From Thermoanaerobaculia bacterium (GTDB taxonomy: Bacteria > Acidobacteriota > Thermoanaerobaculia > UBA5066 > Gp7-AA6), in contig DASWCZ010000023.1 of NCBI GenBank assembly GCA_036395755.1, forward strand, positions 7,825 through 71,824: a stretch of 64,000 nucleotides of DNA, read 5' to 3'. Every line of letters starts with the position of its first letter. The first letter of the stretch is position 1. Below the pieces are notes generated by a model that was not told the origin of the DNA, made no database searches, and worked only from the letters and a program-made list of their open reading frames with translations. A program made the translations under genes and the position numbers. This document shows positions 12,368 to 20,723 of the stretch, in pieces.

Positions 12368-13492
12368 TCAATGGATACCGGCTCTCCAGGCGAAGACCTT
12401 GCCTTTGAGGGTGCCGACGTAGAGAGTGCCCTCCGACGAGCCGACCCCCCGGATCACCCCGTCGAATCTCTGGGACCAGAGGCGAGAGCCGTCGGAGAGG
12501 CGAAACGCAAAGACCTCGCCCCGCTCGTTTCCGGCGATTACGGCATGGTCCCATAGGTAAGGCCTCGAGGAGCTCCAGGGGCCCGACGTTGTGTCACTCC
12601 ACCGAATGGCCGAAAGCGAGGAATCGACGCAGGCGAGCTTTCTCTCGCCAAAAAAGGCGACGAGGGAATCCTCGGCGAAGAGAAGTCGCCCAGTCGGTTC
12701 CTCTTCGACCTTGAAGTCTGCCGCGACAGTCCCGCTCTTGGGGTCAAGGCGGTAGAGATGTCGGTCGGAGGTGCCGGCATACAGGTTTCCGCCTCCGAGA
12801 AGCACGGAGGTCGAGATGCGGCCCGGGAGCGCCCGCTTCCAAAGAACTTCGCCGGAGTGGGCGTCGAGCGCGTACACGGCGCCGTCGAGACTTCCGAAGA
12901 AGATCCGGTTTCCCTGCACGGCGGGAGTCGAGCTTCTGGCGTATGGGTCGGTCGGGTGGCCGGTTGTAAACTTCCAGACCAGCGCGCCCGTTTTCCAGTC
13001 CAGGCAGAGGAGCTCGTCCTGGAGCGTGACGGCATAGATGTTCGAATCGATCCGCTGGACATCTGCGCCGACTCCGGGGGTCACCTCATACTTCCAGCGC
13101 GGCTTACCCGTGTTCCGTTCGAAGGCGTACAGGTGCGCGATGGCGCCGTCGCTGCCGGTGACGACGAGGTCTTCGACGACGAGCGGATCCGTGTGGAACT
13201 GGACCGCAGCCCCGTCTTGCTGCGTGTCGTAACTCCACCGCACCGTGCCCGTCTTCTTCTCGAGTGCCCGAAAGAATCCGTTGCAGGAGCCGACCAAGAC
13301 GAGGTCCCCCGCGACCGTGGGGGTGGCGAAGACTCAACCGCCGGTGTCGTAAGTCCAGAGCGGCCGCGAATCGGCCACGGGTTTCGGGGCCTCTGTCGGA
13401 CTCTGGTGCCCCGGGGCGGTTGCCACGAGGAGCACCACCATCAAGAGAGAGGGAACGCCCAGAGACCTTTGCATCCGTCCCGAACTCATCAT
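12368..13492 (-). pseudogene. PQQ-repeat (BamB-like) beta-propeller lipoprotein gene interrupted by an in-frame TGA at 13334–13336
   Basis: ATG at 13492 encodes the signal peptide MMSSGRMQRSLGVPSLLMVVLLVATAPG...LWTYDTGG, then TGA, then continues in the same frame as VFATPTVAGDLVLVGSCNGFF and on into the tracked 309-aa ORF. That ORF has repeated WxxxTG / LxALDxxxG beta-propeller blades. Confidence 0.55.
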
Positions 13493-13669
13493 GGGCTCTC
13501 CCTTTCTACGGTGCGAAGATAGTTCTCGTCTTGCGCACGCCCGCGGCGCCTCGCGGGGACGACGGGCTTCTTCCCGGACTTCGCTTTCGGGCTCCTCCTC
13601 GAGGGTCGCCGAGACCTCTGCGGCGAAGCCCCGTAGACGGCGCCAGCCGGCGAGTCCAACCCTGCTGGA

Positions 13670-16024
13670 TCACCGTGCGGCCGAGGCTGAAGCTCCGAGG
13701 CTTCTCTCGAGCTTTCGTCCTCTCGCCGCGAAGTCCCGCGAAAGACTCGGCTCTCCCGTTCGGCTGTAGAGATCCGCGAGGACGTAGCAGGCGAGCGCGG
13801 CTTCGGCCGGGTCTGGCCGCATCTCAAGGGAGAGCTTCGCCAGCCGGATTCCTTCGGAGAGCTCGATCCCCCGATCCAGGAGGTTTCGGGCGAGATAGAG
13901 GGCGGGAAGCGGAGCCTCGGGATGCAGACGCTGCACTTCCTTCAAGATCTCGGCTTCGGGAGACAAACGTCCGAGCCTCCGGGAGAGAATCATCAGTTCG
14001 CGGAACGGGCGCCCGTCGTTCGGCGCGACCTGAACCTCGAGAGCGTACTCCTCCCAGGCGGCGTCCGGCCTCCCCTGCTGCTCGAGAACGACGGCCCGGC
14101 AATAGTGAGCGCCGCGCGTCCGCCGGTCGAGCGCGAGCGCTTCGTCCGCCAGTCGGCGCGCCGCCTCGAGGTCTCCCCGGCGTAGCCGGATCTCGGAGAG
14201 CGCCGCACGAGCCTGCGCTGATCGCGGCTCGAGCTTCAGCACGCGCGTTTCCAGCTCTTCCGCGCGCGCACGGTCTCCTCGGGCGTCCGCCGCCTGGCCA
14301 AGCAGGAGGAAAAAGCGCGAGTCGTTCGGGAAGAGACGGAGCGCGGTTTCAATCGTCCTTTCCGCCGCCGCAGGCCGGCCGGCGGCGAGCTCCGCGACGG
14401 CAAGGCCGAGCGCGACGGTCGGATCCGACGGTTTATGCTCGACCGCGCCGGCCAGCACCTGCATCGCCTCCACGAACCTCTTCTGCTGCAGGTAAAGCGA
14501 CCCGAGCGCCGTCTCGGCGTCGACGATCTGCGGATCGGCCGCCAGGATCGCGCGCAAGAGGCGCTCTCCGCCGGAGAAGTCGCGTTGCTCGACGAGCGAG
14601 CGAGCGCGGAGCAGGTCGTTATAGAGGCCGATCCTTCGACGCGGAGCGGGCAGCGCGCTCGCTCCCCCCGGCTCCGGCGCCGCCCCGGTCAGGTAACCGA
14701 GCGATGCCAGCTTGCGCAGCGTCTCGGGATCGGCGCGCGACATCGCGACTGGCAGCGCACCCCGGGACCACTCCTGCGACCAGGAAGCGAGCCGACGCCG
14801 CAGCGGGAGCGCGCGGTCAGACGCCGAGTCGACGAGGTTGCGGCGCTCCCCGGGATCCGCCGCGAGGTCGTAGAGCTCCGGCTCGGGCGAGTCGATCCAC
14901 TTCCAACGGCGGTCGCGCAGAGCGTGGAGCTCGCTCCAGCCGAAGTGAAGACGCGGATAGTACGTTTCGGCGTACGCCGGGCGCTCGGTGAAGCCACCGC
15001 TCCCGCGCAGGAGCCCAACGAGGCTTTGTCCCTGGAGTCCGGCAGGCGCGGGGAAGCGAAGGAGCTCGGCGACCGTGGGCAGCACGTCCACGAGCGAGAC
15101 GGTCTCGGCCCGCCGGGTCCCCGCCCTCTCGCGATCCGGCAGTCGGAAAATCAGCGGGACCCGGAGCGTCGTCTCGTAGAGGAACAGGCCGTGTCCGGAC
15201 TCCTCGTGCTCGCCAAGGCTCTCCCCGTGGTCGCCCGCGAGCACGACCAGCAAGGGCTCCTCCCGCTCCCTGCGCTCGACCCGCTCGAGGAGCCGTCCGA
15301 TCTGAGCGTCGGCGAACGCGACTTCTCCGTCGTATGGCCGGTCCGCGAATTCCTCGCGATACGGGGAGGGCGGCTCATAGGGATCGTGCGGGTCGTAGAA
15401 GTGCGCCCACAGAAAGAACGGTCCTTTTGGCCGGCGCTCGAGCCAGGCGAGCGCTCGATCGGCGACTTCGTTTCCTGGCCGCTGGATGTCTCCGATCGAG
15501 GTGATGCCGGTTCGATGTGTGTCGAAGTCGTCGACGTACTCGGAGAAGCCGCGATTCAGTCCCCACCGCGAATCGAGGACGAACGCCGCGACGATCGCCG
15601 CCGTTCGATAGCCGCGGTCGGAGAGCAGCGTCGCGAGCGTCGGCAGCGTCGGCGGAACGAGGAAGCTTCCATTGTCCCGCACTCCATGATGCAGCGGATA
15701 GGTTCCCGAGAAAAGCGACGTGTGCGACGGCAGCGTCAGCGGAGTCGGCGAAATGCACGCTTCGAAGAGCACCCCTTCGCGGGCGAGCCGGTCCATGTTC
15801 GGAGTGCGCGCGCCCGCGTATCCATACGCGCCGAGCCGGTCCGCGCGGAGCGTGTCGACGGTGATGAAGAGCACGTTCCACGGGCGCACTCGGCTCTCTC
15901 TCCCGATGCGGCCCCGGAACAGAACGAGAGCGGCCGCGACCGCGATTCCCAGCGCGAGGCCGAACGCGAACAGCCGCGGACGGACCAGGCGGCTTCGCCG
16001 GGTCGCACCCGCCGAACGACGCAC
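13670..16024 (-). CDS. Membrane-anchored sulfatase (alkaline-phosphatase superfamily) fused to C-terminal TPR repeats
   Basis: The N-terminal region WNVLFITVDTLRADRLGAYGY...PTPLTLPSHTSLFSGTYPLHHGVRDNG is sulfatase-like, with the CxPxR position represented as TPxR/S. The C-terminal half has multiple TPR-like repeats. The tracked TTG start is at 16096. I prefer the GTG at 16024 (VRRSAGATRRSRLVRPRLFAFGLALGIAVAAALVLF), which is preceded by GAGGAAAG. Confidence 0.7.
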   Translation of the reverse strand: MRRSAGATRRSRLVRPRLFAFGLALGIAVAAALVLFRGRIGRESRVRPWNVLFITVDTLRADRLGAYGYAGARTPNMDRLAREGVLFEACISPTPLTLPSHTSLFSGTYPLHHGVRDNGSFLVPPTLPTLATLLSDRGYRTAAIVAAFVLDSRWGLNRGFSEYVDDFDTHRTGITSIGDIQRPGNEVADRALAWLERRPKGPFFLWAHFYDPHDPYEPPSPYREEFADRPYDGEVAFADAQIGRLLERVERREREEPLLVVLAGDHGESLGEHEESGHGLFLYETTLRVPLIFRLPDRERAGTRRAETVSLVDVLPTVAELLRFPAPAGLQGQSLVGLLRGSGGFTERPAYAETYYPRLHFGWSELHALRDRRWKWIDSPEPELYDLAADPGERRNLVDSASDRALPLRRRLASWSQEWSRGALPVAMSRADPETLRKLASLGYLTGAAPEPGGASALPAPRRRIGLYNDLLRARSLVEQRDFSGGERLLRAILAADPQIVDAETALGSLYLQQKRFVEAMQVLAGAVEHKPSDPTVALGLAVAELAAGRPAAAERTIETALRLFPNDSRFFLLLGQAADARGDRARAEELETRVLKLEPRSAQARAALSEIRLRRGDLEAARRLADEALALDRRTRGAHYCRAVVLEQQGRPDAAWEEYALEVQVAPNDGRPFRELMILSRRLGRLSPEAEILKEVQRLHPEAPLPALYLARNLLDRGIELSEGIRLAKLSLEMRPDPAEAALACYVLADLYSRTGEPSLSRDFAARGRKLERSLGASASAAR

Positions 16025-16365
16025 GCCGGACGGCGCTTTCCTCAATCGAAGAAGGCCGGGAGACGGATTGGGAGACTCACCGGAAGAGTTTCTCAAGTTC
16101 TCGCGGGGTTGATAAGCGTCTCTCGGCCGGAGCGCGCCTGCGTAGAGCGCGCGGGGATGTCGAGACCACCGTAGACCAGCAGCACCGGCGTCTGGACGCG
16201 GTCGAGGAAGAAGAACGGAGAGTTCGCGAAGTGACGATCCCGGAGCCCTCCTGTCGACTCCCTCGTTTTCCGACTCCGGTGCCTGAGGTTCGCTCGAAAC
16301 CGTCGGCTTTCACCAGGGGTGCTCCGGTTGAAAGTCGAGCCGGGGCCTGAAAGCTACCCCTCGGC

Positions 16366-18819
16366 TCAGCGCGCCGTCTTTTCCGCCTTGGGCGAAGTGC
16401 CCTTCCGGGATTTCGCCCTGTCGCCTTCGAAGACCACCTTCCCCTTTTCGTCGACCGTCACGTCGAGATGTTCCGCGAGGAAATCCAGCCGCCGCTTCCA
16501 GAAGTCGAGGACGTTCGGACGCTGCGTGATCACGTGCCCTTCCCCCTCGTACAGGCGATACTCGACCCCCTTCCCGAGCCGCTGGAGGCCCGCGAAGATC
16601 GCGTCGGACGCGATCAGCCGCCCGTCGTTCTGACCCTGCCCGATCAGGAGCGGCGTCTCGATTCGGTCGAACAGGAAGACCGGCGAGTTGCGAAAGTACT
16701 GGTCGCGCCGCTCCCAGATCGTCCCATGCATGTTGCCCTGCCCCTGCTCGTAGTACCCGATCGAGGCGAGATAGTCGGCGAAGAGGTCCGGATGGAGGAC
16801 TGCCGCCGTGATGATTGCGGCCTTGAACCGGTTGGACTGCGTGATCAGAGCGAGGGTGGAGTACGAGCCGTAGCTCTGCCCCATTACCGCGAGCCGGTCC
16901 GGGTCGGCATAGCCCTGGTCGATCGCCGCGTTGACCCCGGGCATGACCGTGCCCATGAGATCCTCCATCGGCATGCCGTCCCGAATCGGCGAGTCCGGCG
17001 CCAGCACCGCGTATCCGCGTGTTGCCAGCACGTGGCAATTGAAGGTGGCGAGGCTCCAGAAACCGAAGCGGTTCAGGTAACGCGAGCCGTAGTCGCCGCC
17101 GTAGACGAACACGACGAGCGGCAGGCGCTCGCCGACCTTGTATCCGGGCGGAAGCAGGAGCGCGCCTCTCAACTTCGTTCCCGTCATGCTGCGCCATTCG
17201 ATCAGCCGCGCCGATCCGAGCTCGTAGCGCTCCATGTCGGGGTTCAGGTGGGTGATCTGACGCGTCTTTCCGTCTTTGGAGTTGACGATCCAGAGGTCGT
17301 GGAGATGTTGCTGGTCGGTCGCCGCAAAGACGATCTCCCCGGTCTTCAGGTTCCCGTCGAGGTTGAAGACGGGCATGTAGCTCTTGGTCTCCTGAAGAAG
17401 GGAGCGTGAGGTTCCTGCCGTCACGTTCACCGCAAAAAAGCCGGCCTTGCCGCCGTCCTGCAACGAGGCGAAATATCCGCTCGTTCCCGAAACCGGAGCC
17501 GCAAGACGCGCGAACACCCAGACCGTGTGGCCGTCCGGGGACAGGAGCGTTCCGCGGGAGAAGGGCTGGACGAGGCTGACGATCTTCCACCCAGGGATCT
17601 TGCCGACGGGAGAGCCCTTGCCGGTCCCCGCATCGACGCGCCAGAGCTCACCGTCACCGACGGCGTAGAAGTTCTCGCCCTTCTCGTCCGACACGGGCGC
17701 GTATTCGCCGTCACCCGGGTCGAAGCTCGGCACGCCCTCGGCCTTGAGCGTCCGGGCCGCTCCGCCCGCGACAGGGACCACCACGATCGAGCCCTTCGTG
17801 ACCTGGCCGCTCGCGATGTAGGCGATGTTCTTTCCGTCGGGGGTCCAGTTCCACTCGATCCCGTAGCCGAGCCGGATGTCGCTCTGCAGGGTCCGTTTCC
17901 GGCCGTTCGCGAGGTCCACCACCGCAATGTCGTAGTTCGGCTGCTGGCTGTTCGACTCCCAGCCTTTGAGGACCGTGTAGGCAACGCTCTTTCCGTCCGG
18001 CGAAAAGCCGTAGAAACGCACGTGCGCGCGTTCGACGAGGCGCGTCACTTTGTTCGTTTTCAGCTCCAGGACGGCCAGGTCCGAGGTCCCCCAGGAAACG
18101 TCTCCTTCCGTCCGGGCTTTCGTTTCGGGCGCGGGCTTGGCGGTGGCGGACTTGTCGGCGGGTTCGGATTTCTTGACGATGACGGAAGGTTGATCCGGCC
18201 CGACCTTCTTGAACTTCGGCTTCTCGTCGAGGCTCGTGCCGAGCGCCGTAACTTCGGAGAGCGACATGCCCGCCGGGACGATCTTGCAGAGGAGGCGCTC
18301 GCCGTCAGCGCTCCAGCGGACGATTTCGTAACCGAAGAACGGGCGCGCGATGACTCCCGGGAAACGCTCGGCCTTCCGTGTCGCGATCGACCAGATCCAA
18401 ACACCCGCTTCGCCCCCTTCGTCCGAGTAGAACGCGACGCGGGATCCGTCGGGCGACCACACCCCCGCCCAGCTCGAGCTCTTCGGGCCGCCGAGCGGGA
18501 TGCTCTCCCCCGTTTTCGTGTTCGTCACCGTCGCCTGCATCCGGGAGTCCCCTTCCGCGAGCGGGAAGCCGGTCGCCGAGTACTGATGGGTGGCGCGCGG
18601 GACGGTGTCCACCGTTTCGATGGTGTGGGCCACCCACTCTCCGTCGGGCGAAAGAGCCACCGGCGAGCGTCCGTTGTGCCCGCGGATATCGGCCGCCACC
18701 TCGAGCGGCAGCGGCTCGCGCAGGCTCCCCGCGCTCTCCGCTGAAGCGAGAGCGCCGGTCGAGCCGACGAGCAGGATGAGCAACGAGGCGACGGAGGGCG
18801 GCAGGGGGCGACGTTGCAC
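16366..18819 (-). CDS. S9 family serine peptidase (prolyl oligopeptidase-type) with an N-terminal TolB/PD40-like beta-propeller, secreted; paralog a
   Basis: The catalytic motifs are GQSYGSYST, QNDGRL and GEGHVI. PD40 repeats are present (SPDGEWVAH, WSPDGSRVAFYSD). Signal peptide after a GTG start at 18819 with GGAGGAG 7 nt upstream. The tracked 981-aa ORF has a spurious N-extension. Confidence 0.8.
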   Translation of the reverse strand: MQRRPLPPSVASLLILLVGSTGALASAESAGSLREPLPLEVAADIRGHNGRSPVALSPDGEWVAHTIETVDTVPRATHQYSATGFPLAEGDSRMQATVTNTKTGESIPLGGPKSSSWAGVWSPDGSRVAFYSDEGGEAGVWIWSIATRKAERFPGVIARPFFGYEIVRWSADGERLLCKIVPAGMSLSEVTALGTSLDEKPKFKKVGPDQPSVIVKKSEPADKSATAKPAPETKARTEGDVSWGTSDLAVLELKTNKVTRLVERAHVRFYGFSPDGKSVAYTVLKGWESNSQQPNYDIAVVDLANGRKRTLQSDIRLGYGIEWNWTPDGKNIAYIASGQVTKGSIVVVPVAGGAARTLKAEGVPSFDPGDGEYAPVSDEKGENFYAVGDGELWRVDAGTGKGSPVGKIPGWKIVSLVQPFSRGTLLSPDGHTVWVFARLAAPVSGTSGYFASLQDGGKAGFFAVNVTAGTSRSLLQETKSYMPVFNLDGNLKTGEIVFAATDQQHLHDLWIVNSKDGKTRQITHLNPDMERYELGSARLIEWRSMTGTKLRGALLLPPGYKVGERLPLVVFVYGGDYGSRYLNRFGFWSLATFNCHVLATRGYAVLAPDSPIRDGMPMEDLMGTVMPGVNAAIDQGYADPDRLAVMGQSYGSYSTLALITQSNRFKAAIITAAVLHPDLFADYLASIGYYEQGQGNMHGTIWERRDQYFRNSPVFLFDRIETPLLIGQGQNDGRLIASDAIFAGLQRLGKGVEYRLYEGEGHVITQRPNVLDFWKRRLDFLAEHLDVTVDEKGKVVFEGDRAKSRKGTSPKAEKTAR

Positions 18820-18833
18820 GATTGTTCTCCTCC

Positions 18834-20723
18834 TCAGTTCGATTTGGTTGACGCGGTGCGGCCCGCGGCCGGTCCGGTGGATACGACTTTGAACATCATG
18901 AAGGGATACTCCGGCTTCTCCGGGATCCGGGTGAACCGCCACCGAAACGGGCGGGCGGCGGTCTTTTGCCCGGGAGCGAGCTGCGTCGAGCCGGCCGAGA
19001 GCGCGAAGCTCCAGCGGGCGCCCTCCGCCGCGCGCGTGTTGTCCGCGTTCTCGACCTTGAAGTCTTTCAGGTTCACCATCATGTTCTGGAGCTCCACCGT
19101 GAACGGACCCTCGACGGGGAGCGGAGACTTGTTCACGAGGTGCATCTCGCAGGAGAAGGAGTTCTCCTTCCACTCGAAGCCGCAGTTTTCCGCCACGAGC
19201 TTGACTTGCGTGCTGACGTCCCGCTCGCTCTCGGCCGCACTTCCGGGCGCGCTCCGGACCGAGAAGGGCGTCGTCGCGAGTTGCATCACGCCCGAGGACC
19301 CGTCTATCCACGCGGCATGGAAGAGGCCCCCTCCGTCACTGTCGAGCCCCTGCGTGTCGCCTCCGCCGGGAAACCGAGTCGAGATCATCAGCATGTTGAA
19401 GCCCTGCCCCTCGACGGACCGGCCCTCTTCCGTCTTGGGGTAGGCGCTCACCTCCGCGTGCGGCACCCAGTTTCCGGTCGCCATCGAGCAGGTCGGCTTC
19501 TCTCCCGGAGTAACGTTCGGTAGGAACGTCTCTCCTCCGTCGAGCGAGGCCGAGAAATACAGGTCGTAGCACTCGTTCTTGTGCGCGCGGCGGTCGTTCC
19601 ACACGACGCCCACGACGCCACGGTTGTTCACCGCGATCGTCGGGTTCGCGTGGTCGCCAGGGGTCGTGTTGTCGTTGACGGTGACAGGCTTCGACCACGT
19701 CTTTCCTTTGTCGGAGGAGTGGATGACGCGGACGTTGTAACGGTCGCCGGCATTGTCCACACCGACCGAATAGATCCGCCCCCGGAAAGGACCGTCGGAG
19801 AGGTCGATGACTGTGTTGCCGACGCCCTGCGCGTTCTCGGCGCGATATCGATCGCCGGAGACCCGAAAGGTCGTGATCTTCGGCGAAACCGAGTAGCTGT
19901 TCCCGCCGTCTCCGGAGATCGCGAGCCGCAACGCGGTCTCATAGTCGGGCAGTCGTTTGCTCGTGTCCTGCGGGTCCCACAGCGTCGACGGAGAGTCACG
20001 CTCGGCTATCGTGAAAAACGGAAGGATAACGGTGCCGTCCGGCGCCACGACCATGTTGACGAAGGAGCCCACGAGCTCGCCGGGCACGCTCGAGATGAGA
20101 CGCGGCTGATCGAATGTTTTCCCCTCGTCGTTCGAGAACGTGACCGCGAGGGCGGAGCGGGCTTTCCCGTCGAGCCCAACCATCTCCACGCTCGCGCCCG
20201 CATAGAGACGACCGGCGAACCTCCCCGTGCGGTCGAAGCCCATGTATTGCCGGTCGAAGCCCTCCGCTCCGGCGAGCAGTGTCGCGGCGCTCCACGTCTT
20301 CCCCTCGTCGCTCGACCGCGTGATCCAGAGCCCGTCGCGGTCGTTCGCGCCGTAGAACGCAGTGCCGGCGGCGTCGAAGTATGCGATCGCGTCCCAGCCG
20401 GTCGAGACCTTCGCCGCCGTTTCCGGCAGAACGACTCGCGTCCAGTCGAGGCCGCCGTCCTGGCTGATGTATCCCGAGGTGCCCATCCGACCCCGACTGA
20501 TCCGGCAGGAGACCGCGAGCATGTTACGAGGGTTCTTCGGATTCACGGCGAGGAACGACTCGCCGTGAGGATCCTCCGGAGCGTCGGCGGAGATCGTCAC
20601 CTTCGGGCCGATCGTGATCGGCTGCGCGCCGGCGGGCGACGACAGGAGTAACGCCGCCGCACCGATCGCCAGAGACACACCGACCCGGCGGTTCCCGTCC
20701 GCCAGCGGTCTCGCGCGCTTCAC
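18834..20723 (-). CDS. Secreted BNR/Asp-box repeat protein (sialidase-fold, type B); paralog 1
   Basis: It has multiple S-x-D-x-G-x-T-W boxes (SQDGGLDWT, SSDEGKTWS, SNDEGKTFD, SSDKGKTWS, ASLDGGETF). Signal peptide from the GTG at 20723. That GTG overlaps the upstream S9b stop in a GTGA overlap. No FRIP motif was seen. Confidence 0.75.
   Translation of the reverse strand: MKRARPLADGNRRVGVSLAIGAAALLLSSPAGAQPITIGPKVTISADAPEDPHGESFLAVNPKNPRNMLAVSCRISRGRMGTSGYISQDGGLDWTRVVLPETAAKVSTGWDAIAYFDAAGTAFYGANDRDGLWITRSSDEGKTWSAATLLAGAEGFDRQYMGFDRTGRFAGRLYAGASVEMVGLDGKARSALAVTFSNDEGKTFDQPRLISSVPGELVGSFVNMVVAPDGTVILPFFTIAERDSPSTLWDPQDTSKRLPDYETALRLAISGDGGNSYSVSPKITTFRVSGDRYRAENAQGVGNTVIDLSDGPFRGRIYSVGVDNAGDRYNVRVIHSSDKGKTWSKPVTVNDNTTPGDHANPTIAVNNRGVVGVVWNDRRAHKNECYDLYFSASLDGGETFLPNVTPGEKPTCSMATGNWVPHAEVSAYPKTEEGRSVEGQGFNMLMISTRFPGGGDTQGLDSDGGGLFHAAWIDGSSGVMQLATTPFSVRSAPGSAAESERDVSTQVKLVAENCGFEWKENSFSCEMHLVNKSPLPVEGPFTVELQNMMVNLKDFKVENADNTRAAEGARWSFALSAGSTQLAPGQKTAARPFRWRFTRIPEKPEYPFMMFKVVSTGPAAGRTASTKSN

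Noticed and set aside
13334-13336. TGA in the PQQ-propeller gene as a selenocysteine codon
   Set aside because: There is no SECIS-like hairpin immediately downstream that I can see. The position falls in a structural blade motif, not a redox site. No selenoprotein family matches.
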